Positions 29,701-39,206 of a stretch of DNA of 64,000 nt are shown here, one piece after another; within the stretch, counting starts at the first letter, position 1; every line of letters begins with the position of its first letter. Position numbers and translations under genes: made by a program. Under the pieces are notes generated by a model. It saw nothing but the letters and a program-made list of their open reading frames with translations, had not been told where the DNA came from and ran no database searches. The DNA is from Candidatus Hydrogenedentota bacterium (GTDB lineage Bacteria; Hydrogenedentota; Hydrogenedentia; Hydrogenedentales; SLHB01), in the NCBI GenBank assembly GCA_963668025.2, contig CAXXTH010000017.1:512001-576000 (forward strand), in the 5' to 3' direction.

Positions 29701-30658
29701 GAAAGACTGGTTGGATTTGAATGCGCTTATTATCGAAATGGGACACCTTCTCGAACACTCGGTATCCAAAAAAGCCCGCTTGCACTACCGGCTCGCCAGC
29801 ACGCTGCCGCAAATCCTGGCCGACCCATCGCAAATCCGCCAAGTGGTCATGAACCTCATCATCAACGCCTCCGAAGCCATCGGCGAAGCAGAAGGCTTCA
29901 TCAACATCGCCACGGGGGCCATGCCATGCAAACCGGAAGACCTCGCTTCCATATACGCCACGGACCCGCTGCCTGCGGGAATGTATGCCTATCTGGATGT
30001 ATCCGACACGGGATGCGGCATGGCGAAAGAAGCACAAGACCGCTTGTTTGATCCCTTTTACACCACTAAATTCACCGGGCGCGGCCTAGGGCTTTCCGCT
30101 GTGCTCGGCATTGTCCGGGGCCATGGCGGCGCTATCCACCTGCGTAGCGCCGTAGGCGCAGGCACGACATTCCGGATCTATTTCCCCGCTTCACAGCCAG
30201 CCCGGATAAACACCTGGGAACACCTAACGGCTCAAGAGACGCCTTGGAGATGCGAGGGCCTCGTGCTGCTGGTGGACGATGATGAAACCGTGCGGAATAT
30301 CGGGAAACGCATGCTCGAACGGACGGGGCTAACGGTCCTTACCGCCGCGGATGGAATAGAGGCCATCCAGATCTTCCGCGAGCACGCCCGTGAAATCCGC
30401 TGCGTCATTCTTGATCTGTCCATGCCCCGCATGGACGGCGAGGAAACCCTTCATGCACTAATGACTATTCACCCCGGAGTGCCCGTGATCATGTCAAGCG
30501 GATATGGAGAAGAAGAGATTTTCCAGCGCTTGAAGGGCCGCCATGTGGCCGAAATCATCAATAAACCCTACACCAGCGATATGCTATATCAAAAAATCCG
30601 CATGCTCCTGGAGCCCGAGTCATTCCAGGGCATCCCGCCTCATTCCTTTACGGAATAA
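26720..30658 (+). CDS. Multi-PAS + GAF hybrid sensor histidine kinase/receiver
   Basis: Five PAS/PAC repeats, GAF-like region ([18 protein letters not shown]), [28 protein letters not shown], REC. Confidence 0.92.
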   Translation: [1312 protein letters not shown]

Positions 30659-30726
30659 ACTTGAATATAGGGCTCCTCTCGTGTTGAATGCCTATGTCGA
30701 GCAGAACTAGATGGAGTGTTTATCTT

Positions 30727-31674
30727 ATGCGTGCGCTCGTATTTGACAATACGCCGGAGATTCGAGACATTCCCATTCCGCAGCCTGCTGAAGGCGAGGC
30801 GCTGATACGAGTCCTTCTGGCGGGAGTATGCAACACCGACCTCGAAATCCTAAAAGGCTACATGGATTTTCACGGCGTGCCTGGGCACGAATTCGTGGGC
30901 ATTGTCGAGAAGGCTTCCAATGCAAGCCTTCTTGGACAGCGGGTGGTGGGAGAGATTAACTGCGTGTGTGGACATTGCCGCTTCTGCCAAATGGAAATAC
31001 CCCACCATTGCGCGGAACGCACGACACTTGGCATTTTCCGGCGCGACGGCGCTTTCGCGGAATACCTGGCCTTGCCGGAAGCGAACCTCCATATCATCCC
31101 AGAAGGGCTCTCAGACGAACAGGCCGTTTTCGCGGAACCCCTCGCCGCCGCCTTTCGCATCCCAGAACAAATTGACATATCCGCCCATGACCGCGCCATT
31201 GTCCTTGGCGATGGCAAGCTGGGCTTGCTCGCCTCCCAAGTGGTATGGCTATCCACAAAAAATCTGGTGTGCGTGGGCAAGCACAGTTGGAAGCTGCAAA
31301 TGCTAAAGGAGCAAGGCATCCCCATCGCTCATACGGGCGACGCCATCGAGCCCGGCGCGGATATTGTCGTGGAAGCCACGGGAGCGCCTTCTGGGCTGAA
31401 TCAAGCGGTGGCGTTGGTGCGCCCGGAGGGAACAGTTGTCCTAAAGACAACCGTTGCAAGCGCATCGAATGTAAATTTGAGCTTGCCTGTCGTGAATGAA
31501 GTGCGCATTATCGGTTCGCGCTGCGGCCCATTCCGCCCCGCGCTGCAAGCGCTGGCCCAGGGCGCGATTGAAGTCCGCCCCATGATTTCCGCCGAATATC
31601 CTCTGGAAGACGCGGTGGCCGCGCTGCACCGCGCCGCTGAACACAGCGTGCTTAAAGTGTTGATACGCATGTAA
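30727..31674 (+). CDS. Zinc-dependent alcohol dehydrogenase (MDR family)
   Basis: GVCNTD, GHEFVG, CVCGHCRFC...HC, EPLAA, GDGKLG, GSRCGPF. Confidence 0.92.
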   Translation: MRALVFDNTPEIRDIPIPQPAEGEALIRVLLAGVCNTDLEILKGYMDFHGVPGHEFVGIVEKASNASLLGQRVVGEINCVCGHCRFCQMEIPHHCAERTTLGIFRRDGAFAEYLALPEANLHIIPEGLSDEQAVFAEPLAAAFRIPEQIDISAHDRAIVLGDGKLGLLASQVVWLSTKNLVCVGKHSWKLQMLKEQGIPIAHTGDAIEPGADIVVEATGAPSGLNQAVALVRPEGTVVLKTTVASASNVNLSLPVVNEVRIIGSRCGPFRPALQALAQGAIEVRPMISAEYPLEDAVAALHRAAEHSVLKVLIRM

Positions 31675-31738
31675 CCGCCATGCGCCGCACGCCAGGCGCT
31701 GGGCTTGGCTGCGGGCAGGGGCATTGGGAGGTTTCGCC

Positions 31739-32572
31739 ATGAAGGTAGGTATGCTGACCGTTCCATTCCAAGACACGCCGCTTGAAGAAGTGCTCGATTT
31801 CGCGGAGGAGGCGGCCATCCCATGCCTCGAAATATACGCGAATCCGGGAAGCAATCATATCGACCCCGCCACCGCATCAGCCGCCACCCTTAAGGCCATG
31901 CGCAAGGCCGTCGAAGAACGCCAGCTTACGATCACCAGCCTCGCCTACTACACCATGAGCCTGGCGGAGCCGAAAGAAACGAAGAATGTGCAAGCCCACG
32001 CGAAGAAGGCTATCGACGCCGCCGCGGCCTTGGGCGTTCCCACGGTATGCATGCTCGCAGGCGCTCCCGCGCCGGGCCTGTCCAAACTCGAAACCATTGA
32101 AAAAGTGCTGCCAACGGCTTTTGCGCCCATCCTCGCCCATGGACGTAAAAAACACGTCAATATCGCCCTCGAAAATTATTACGCCACCTGCCTGCAAGGC
32201 ATTGACACCTTCGAGTGCATATTCGCCTCGATACCGGATGAGAATTTCGGGCTGAATTATGACCCATCGCACCTATACCACCAAGGCTGCGACCACCTGC
32301 TGCCGGTCTCCATGTTTCCAGAGCGCATTTTTCATACCCACGCGAAAGACACCCTGGTAGATAAGGCTAAACGCGCCCGAGTGGGCATTTATGCGGGCGG
32401 CTGGTGGCGCTATGTAATCCCGGGATTCGGCAACATCAATTGGGGCGAATACATTTCCCATCTGCGCGCGAATCTTTATGATGGCGTGTTGAGCATCGAA
32501 CACGAAGACTACACACAGACCCGCGAAGAGGGCTTTATCCGGGGAGTGGCGTATCTCGAACAATTCTGCTGA
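31739..32572 (+). CDS. Sugar phosphate isomerase/epimerase (AP endonuclease 2 TIM barrel)
   Basis: IALEN, GLNYDPSHL, IFHTHAKD, PGFG.INW, YDGVLSIEHED; GGAGG RBS. Confidence 0.9.
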   Translation: MKVGMLTVPFQDTPLEEVLDFAEEAAIPCLEIYANPGSNHIDPATASAATLKAMRKAVEERQLTITSLAYYTMSLAEPKETKNVQAHAKKAIDAAAALGVPTVCMLAGAPAPGLSKLETIEKVLPTAFAPILAHGRKKHVNIALENYYATCLQGIDTFECIFASIPDENFGLNYDPSHLYHQGCDHLLPVSMFPERIFHTHAKDTLVDKAKRARVGIYAGGWWRYVIPGFGNINWGEYISHLRANLYDGVLSIEHEDYTQTREEGFIRGVAYLEQFC

Positions 32573-32669
32573 ATTCAACCCCACAAAAGGGCGAATGCTC
32601 CATTGGGCCAAGGCAAAAATAAGCTAAAAGCCCCTGGTTTTCCCTGTTGCCGCCAAGCGGAAGCGAAGC

Positions 32670-32698
32670 TTGACGAGTGGGTGGGGAGATGTTAGTCT
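32670..32698 (+). promoter_or_regulatory. Putative sigma70 promoter
   Basis: TTGACG-N17-TAGTCT with extended TG, upstream of kinase at 32744. Confidence 0.5.
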
Positions 32699-32743
32699 TT
32701 GAATGCGTTTTTCATGGCGTAACAGGCTCGATGCGAGGTTTTT

Positions 32744-35700
32744 ATGCGCGCGTGGTTTAGCTCGAACGCCGTTCGTATAGCCACAATTTATGCGCTTTTC
32801 GGCGCTGCATGGATCCTGTTGTCTGATAAATGCGTTGAGTGGGTATTTCATGATGAACATGTGGCGCATATGCAGACCATTAAGGGGATTGTATACATCC
32901 TCATTACGGCCTCGCTGGTGTACGCCCTTGTGGCTCGTTTCAGCCGCACCCTTTTCGGAAATGAAGCACGTTACCGGCTCCTGTTCGAATCGAGTCCCGA
33001 CGCCATGTTCGTGGTCGGGCTTGATGGTAAAATCCTAGACGCCAATCAGGTAGCCATATCTCGGTACGGCTACTCCCGCAGCGAACTGCTCTCCCTTTCC
33101 ATCACTCAATTGACGCCCGAATCCATCCGGTCAGAGATTTTCACCCAATTGAAACAAGCCGGCACGGCAGGCGTCCAATTCGAATGGCGGCATTGCCGCA
33201 AAGACGGCTCGGAACTGCCGGTCGAAGTCAATGCGCGCCCGCTTCTCTTTAAAGGAGAGAAACTTATCCTGAGCAGCGTCCGAGACATTTCGGAAAAAGA
33301 ACACTCCATCAATGCCGTGCGTGAAAGTGAAGAACGGTTTCGCCTCCTAGCGGAATGCGCCCCTGAACCCATCTTCATTCAAGCCAACTGGCGTTTCGTT
33401 TATCTCAATCCCGCCGCACTCCGCACCTTTGGCGCTCAATCTGCCGATGAACTGCTGGATACGGCCGTACTCGACCGTTTTCACCCAGATTTTAGAGAAA
33501 TTATTAGCTCACGCATACGAATTTTGAATGAAAAAAGAGAAGAAGTGCCTCTGCTCGAGGAAATCTACCTGCGGATGGATGGCACGCCATTCCACGCGGA
33601 AACGACCGCGGCTCCATTTTCCTATTTGGGGCAGCGGGGTGCGCTGGTGTTTTTCCGCGATATTACCGAACGAAAACATGCGGAAGAAGCGCTGCAAGAA
33701 AGTGAAGAACGGTTCCGCCGGCTCGCCGAACAAGCGCCTGAACCTATTACCATCGTGACGGAACAGGAGATACTCTATATGAACAAGGCGGCTTGCCGGT
33801 GCATAGGCGCCAGCTCCGCCGAGGAAGTCATCGGCCTTGCACCCAGCAAATGTGTGCATCCCATCCATCGTGAAGAAGCCGCTAAACGGCTGAATCGCAT
33901 CGTCGATAACGCCTTGGAGATCTCGAATGTAGAAGAGATCTACCAGCGCTTGGATGGCACTCCATTTCATGCCGAAATCGCCGCCACGCCGTTTACGTTC
34001 AACGGGCAAGCGGCCGCGCTGGTCTTTTTTCGCGATGTGACCCCGCGCAAAAAAACCGAGCGCGCGCTGCAAGAAAGTGAAGCGCGCCTGCGCGCCCTGT
34101 TTGATTCCGTCCAAGATATCATTTACTTAAAAGACACGGAAGGCCGGTATACCCACATCAACAAAGCCATGGAACATGCCTTCAACAAACAGGCCCATGA
34201 GATCGTCGGCCATACCGATGAAGCTCTATTCTCCCCTGAAGCCGCCCGCGAAATCAGAACCATTGACCTGCAAGTTCTCAAAGGGCGATTGATTCGGGGA
34301 GAATACTCGCGCTTCATATCTGGCGAACAAAAAATAATCGAGTCGATTAAATCCCCCGTGCGCGATGAAGACGGCTGCATCACCGGCTTATGCGGCGTAT
34401 CGAGAGATGTGACGGAACGGAAAAAAACCGAAGAAGCGCTGCGTGAAAGCGAAGCGCGATACCGCACCTATGTCGACCACTCACCTGTCGCTATTTTTAT
34501 CGCGGACGAACAGGCCCGGTATCTCGATGCGAATGACGCCGCATGCCAAATGTCTGGCTATACGCGGGAGGAATTATTGACGCTGCGCATAAACGACCTG
34601 GATGCGTCCGAAAATAATATCTCCGCCGCGACCTCCATAGACGATCTAAAGATTAAAGGCGTATTTCGCGGCGAGCAGTGCATGAGGCGCAAGGATGGTT
34701 CCATTGGGTATGTGAACACGGACGCTGTCGCTATTAGCAAGAACCGGTATATGGCCTTCTGCTCAGATATCTCGCTGCAACGAAAGCTGCAAGCCCAATT
34801 GCAGCAGGCGCAAAAGATGGAAGCCATCGGCCAGCTCGCGGGCGGCGTCGCACATGATTTTAATAACCTGCTTCAAGTCATTAATGGCCATATTGAGTTC
34901 GTACTGCAAGAATTGCCCACCGAAGCGCCTGTCCGCCAAGACATCGAACAAGTCGCCATGGCGGGTGAAAAAGCAGCCCGCTTGGTGGGCCAGCTTCTTG
35001 CCTTCAGCCGCCGGCAAGTCATGAAGCCTGAAAACCTTGATCTCAATGAGGCCATCGAGAATATCATGAAAATGCTTCGGCGCGTCATCGGCGAACATAT
35101 CCAGCTCGATTTTGTTGCGGGCCATGAGCTTGGAACGATTCATGGCGATCGAGGCATGATCGAGCAGATCATCATGAATTTATGCGTGAATTCACGCGAT
35201 GCGATGCCTAATGGCGGATGTATTATCATCGAGACGGAGAATGTCTTGATCGATAGGGGCTACTGCGAAACCCATGCCTGGGCCATTGCGGGGCGGTATG
35301 TGCTGCTCAGTGTGACCGATTCCGGCTGCGGAATGGACCGTGAAACGCTCGAACACATATTCGAGCCCTTCTTCAGCACGAAAGAAGAAGGGAAGGGCAC
35401 GGGACTTGGCCTTGCCACGGTGTATGGCATTGTCAAACAGCATGGCGGCATGATTCAAGCCTATAGCGAAACGGGCAAAGGAACCACTTTCAAGATTTAC
35501 CTGCCGCTGTGTGAACGTCCGGCTCGTACAGTAGGCACAAAAGTTGAAGGCTCCGTACGGGGAGGAGAAGAAACCATTTTGCTGGCGGAAGACGATGGGA
35601 TGGTGCGCCATCTGTCAAAAATGATCCTCGAAATGGCCGGCTACACGGTCATGGCCGCCGCGGATGGTGAAGAAGCCTGGGCGTTATTCCGACAGCATGG

Positions 35701-35932
35701 AGACCATATCCATTTGCTCCTGCTCGATGTGGTGATGCCGCATCTTGGCGGCCATGAAGTATATGAACGCGCCCGGGAAATACGCCCAGACATCCGTACG
35801 CTATTCGCCAGCGGTTATAGTGAAAACGCTGTTCATACTAACTTTATCCTGCACAAAGACCTATCCCTCATTCAAAAACCGTTCGCCCGGGAGACGCTTC
35901 TCCGTATGGTTAGGGATATTCTAGACCGCTGA
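32744..35932 (+). CDS. Membrane-anchored multi-PAS hybrid sensor kinase (CckA-like core)
   Basis: Two N-terminal TMs (WILLSD), five PAS, [39 protein letters not shown], REC (LLAEDD, DVVMP). Confidence 0.92.
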   Translation: [1062 protein letters not shown]

Positions 35933-35957
35933 CTATGGCCCGAACGGGATGCATGTT

Positions 35958-35987
35958 TTGACTTTCCCGTTTCGCCGATTATATGAT
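35958..35987 (+). promoter_or_regulatory. Putative sigma70 promoter of acyl-CoA dehydrogenase gene
   Basis: TTGACT-N18-TATGAT. Confidence 0.55.
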
Positions 35988-36184
35988 TCGCCATTAGGCG
36001 CTGGCCAACACCAAACAGGACAATCCCATCGGTGGGGCAAAACCATGGCGCCAGCGTATTCAGGGGAGCATTCAATCAGGCAGGGACTGCCGCGTTTCCC
36101 CATTTCACCCCTGGTGTGGGCGTCACTTCGCCCTCATCCCAATACGGGGGTGGCGTCCCAGATCGAAAGAGAGGACATTCTTTC

Positions 36185-38419
36185 ATGAGCACGACGGCCT
36201 CGACCTTCACTCCGCTTCAAACCTTGCCTGGCGATGATGTCCGCCAGATCATGTGGCGCTTCACGGACCGCTATGACCTGCAAATGCTCATTCAGTCCAC
36301 TCGAGCCGTGGCGCGCGGGCCGGTGGCGCGGCTGGTGGCGGATGGCGGGCGCAAAACCCATGAATGGACCGCGCGTAAGGATGAACTCCTGCGGGCGTTC
36401 GATGAAGCAGGCGTCACGGGCGCGTTCCTCGAACCCGAATTCGGCGGCTTTATTGATGGCCCCAAAAACCTCGTTTTCGCCATGATCGCCTACGAATTGG
36501 CCTGGGTCGACGCGGGTGCCGCGACCGCCAGCCTGGCGGGCAATCTCGCCTTCGCACCCATCCATGAACGCGGCACGAAAGAACAATACCTTGAATATAT
36601 GCAGCGCATGAGCCCGCCTGCTCCCGGCGAAGACCGAAAGCCGCTGCGCGGCTCGTTCGGCCTGACGGAGCCTATCCCGTACGTGGGCGTCGAAACAGGC
36701 ACATTATGCGGCAAAATCCGCGTCGAAGAATGGAAAGAAGGGGAAGAGCCTATCCTGCATGTGGATAAACGCGGCCGCTTCATCACCAATATGGACACGG
36801 CGGGCTATGTCACCGCCGCCGTGGACAGCGCCGATGAGCGCATCAAGGGCACCTGCATGGTCATCGTCGAGGAAACCGACCCCGGCGTATTCGACCGGGG
36901 CGCGCCCACCATGAAACTCGTACATCAGCTTTCCTCGACCCGCGACCCGATCATCAGCGTCACCGTTCCCGCCAGCCGTATTATCGGCGGCTATACCATC
37001 AAAGATGGGGTGATCGTGCCGAATTACAGCCATGGCGACATCATCGAAGCCGTATTCCGCCGTACGCGGGTCACCGTGGGCTGCATGACCCCGGCAAAAC
37101 TCATCAGCGCCGTCGAACCGGTCATCCGCTACCAGCGCAGCCGGTTCCGTGGCAGTGCGTCGGTCCAGCCCGGCACGCCGCGCTTCGAGCAAGGCCTTCA
37201 ACAGAAAGAAGACTCCTTGCACCGCTTGGTGGACATCTGGGCCACGGGCGAGGCCGCCGCGTCCCTCGGATTCGCCGCCGCCCGCGCGTTCGACGTGATC
37301 GACCCCATCGAGAAACAAAAAGATGTCATAATGGCCGAACAAGGCGCTACCGGCGGCTGGAGCCAAATGAAGGTCTTCCGTAAAGTACAGCCGCTTGCCA
37401 TCGAGTACATCGAACTCGCCGCCATGCCCGAAGAGAGGCGTGACGCGGCGCGCTTCCAGGAATTGTCGGATAATGTCCTCGTCCAATTCCTCGTGCAAGA
37501 CGCCGTAGGCAATGTGCTGTGCCCCGCTTGCAAACTGTGGAATACGGGAACCGGAGCCACGGTGATGCGCGAAGCGCTCAGCCTCATGGGCGGCTACGGC
37601 ATCACGGAAGACTGCCCGGGCTTCTTGGCGCATAAATGGATGGACGCACAGCTCGAGGCCACCTATGAAGGCCCAGAGGCCGTACAGCGCCGCCAGCTCA
37701 GCATCACCATGGCCATGGACCTCTTCTTGGCCCAATTCCGCCATTGGATCAAAGACATGCGCCGCATCGCCGCACATAAGCCCGGCACGGGCGCTTGCAC
37801 ACTGGCCACGGCCATGGAGATGTGGCTCTGGTCCCTCGAACACCTGCAAAAAGGCCAGGATGCGGACGGCGGAAAGCTCTACAACAATCCCCGCCAAGGC
37901 GTCACCTTCCCATTAGCCGACGCCCTTTGCTGGCTTCTGGCCGCCCGGCAGCTCATTCTGGATGTGCTCGAACTCGAAACTAAAGGCCCCGATAATCCTG
38001 TCGTGGCGGAAGGCCTGGAGGGCACGTTGCAGTTCTTCTCCGACTTGTGCCATGTACAATCCGCACGCGCCGCGGGTGAAACAGGCCGCATCTGCGCCGA
38101 ACTCGTCCATGGCTACAACCGGCATCCCGCCTGGGATACGGAAGCCTGTGGCTGCTATACGGAATGCGAATTAGATGAACTGGAGGAGGTCGTGCCCGGC
38201 ATCGAAGCCATGGCGGAAGGCCAAGGCGATGTGGTGTTGAAAAACGGCTCCCGTCCGTGTAAAGCCGGCCCTTGCGTGAAATTCGACGGGCTTGAAACGT
38301 TTTCGCAGATGCGCATGAAAATGGACGGCTGCCTGACGGGCGCACGCCTAGCCAAAGACCGCGCCGCCTACAGCCTCAGCCAAGTCATGATCCCCGAAGC
38401 ATTGGATTATCCGCAATAA
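36185..38419 (+). CDS. Acyl-CoA dehydrogenase family protein (long form)
   Basis: YELAWVDAG, FGLTEP, RFITN, ALSLMGGYG, ATYEGPEAVQR; GAGAGGA RBS before ATG 36185. Confidence 0.85.
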   Translation: MSTTASTFTPLQTLPGDDVRQIMWRFTDRYDLQMLIQSTRAVARGPVARLVADGGRKTHEWTARKDELLRAFDEAGVTGAFLEPEFGGFIDGPKNLVFAMIAYELAWVDAGAATASLAGNLAFAPIHERGTKEQYLEYMQRMSPPAPGEDRKPLRGSFGLTEPIPYVGVETGTLCGKIRVEEWKEGEEPILHVDKRGRFITNMDTAGYVTAAVDSADERIKGTCMVIVEETDPGVFDRGAPTMKLVHQLSSTRDPIISVTVPASRIIGGYTIKDGVIVPNYSHGDIIEAVFRRTRVTVGCMTPAKLISAVEPVIRYQRSRFRGSASVQPGTPRFEQGLQQKEDSLHRLVDIWATGEAAASLGFAAARAFDVIDPIEKQKDVIMAEQGATGGWSQMKVFRKVQPLAIEYIELAAMPEERRDAARFQELSDNVLVQFLVQDAVGNVLCPACKLWNTGTGATVMREALSLMGGYGITEDCPGFLAHKWMDAQLEATYEGPEAVQRRQLSITMAMDLFLAQFRHWIKDMRRIAAHKPGTGACTLATAMEMWLWSLEHLQKGQDADGGKLYNNPRQGVTFPLADALCWLLAARQLILDVLELETKGPDNPVVAEGLEGTLQFFSDLCHVQSARAAGETGRICAELVHGYNRHPAWDTEACGCYTECELDELEEVVPGIEAMAEGQGDVVLKNGSRPCKAGPCVKFDGLETFSQMRMKMDGCLTGARLAKDRAAYSLSQVMIPEALDYPQ

Positions 38420-38446
38420 GCACTTGGAAACAATTTATCTGATAGA

Positions 38447-38482
38447 GCGGCGTCCACGGGAATTCGTGGACGCCGTTTGTTG
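38447..38482 (+). terminator. Intrinsic terminator hairpin
   Basis: CGGCGTCCACG / CGTGGACGCCG stem followed by TTTGTT; between convergent genes. Confidence 0.7.
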
Positions 38483-38498
38483 CGTATGCCCAAAACGA

Positions 38499-39206
38499 TC
38501 AACGGTGTCGTGCAGCCCGCGCCAGGCTGGTTATAATGCGCCACGAATCCCGCATGCGATGAAAATGGGAGGTGGGATTGCCCGCTTCGTATATCGTACG
38601 AATGGGAACCGATGCGATGGCGTAGCCCTCACGCACCGCTTTGGCGAGTATCTCCATCTCGGTTTCATAGCGCCCGCCGGGTACGTCCTGGATGACTGAT
38701 TCGGCAAAACGCCGGGAATGGAGGCGGTAGCCGGATTGCGTGTCCGGTATACGGACGCCGAGCAACATAGAAGCCAGCGAGATCGTGAAAAGATTGCCGA
38801 TGCGGCTGCGAAGTGGAACATCCTCTTGGGCGAATGTGCGGGAGCCGATCACCAGATCCGTATGTTGCTCTAAAAATGCGGCGTAGAGCCGGGGCAGCTC
38901 CTCGGGATCATGCTGGCCGTCCGCGTCCACCACAGCCACACAGGTGATCTCCGGCCATTCGAGCGCAGCGGCGAAACCGGCTAATATCGCAAAACCTTTG
39001 CCTTGGTTGCTTGGAAATGCAATCACCTGCCCGCCATGGCGTTCCATTTCCGCACGAAGCGCGCCAGGCGCGCCATCCGTGCTGCCGTCATCGACCAAAA
39101 TAAGCCGCCCCGCCAGCCCAAGCAAGCCCTTGACAACCCCGGCAAGCTGCTCCCCCGCATTGTAACAGGGAACAATCGCCGCAAGCGGCTCTATCCGGGA
39201 AATCAC
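38499..39206 (-). CDS. Glycosyltransferase family 2 (DPM synthase-like)
   Basis: IVPCYN, VDDGSTD, NQGKG, VDADGQH, IGSR, DTQSGYR. Confidence 0.9.
   Translation of the reverse strand: MISRIEPLAAIVPCYNAGEQLAGVVKGLLGLAGRLILVDDGSTDGAPGALRAEMERHGGQVIAFPSNQGKGFAILAGFAAALEWPEITCVAVVDADGQHDPEELPRLYAAFLEQHTDLVIGSRTFAQEDVPLRSRIGNLFTISLASMLLGVRIPDTQSGYRLHSRRFAESVIQDVPGGRYETEMEILAKAVREGYAIASVPIRTIYEAGNPTSHFHRMRDSWRIITSLARAARHR

Noticed and set aside
36020-36060. c-di-GMP-I riboswitch
   Set aside because: Only superficial similarity; lacks the GNRA loop and the conserved GGCAAA/CGCAAA elements. Kept only as a possible structured leader.
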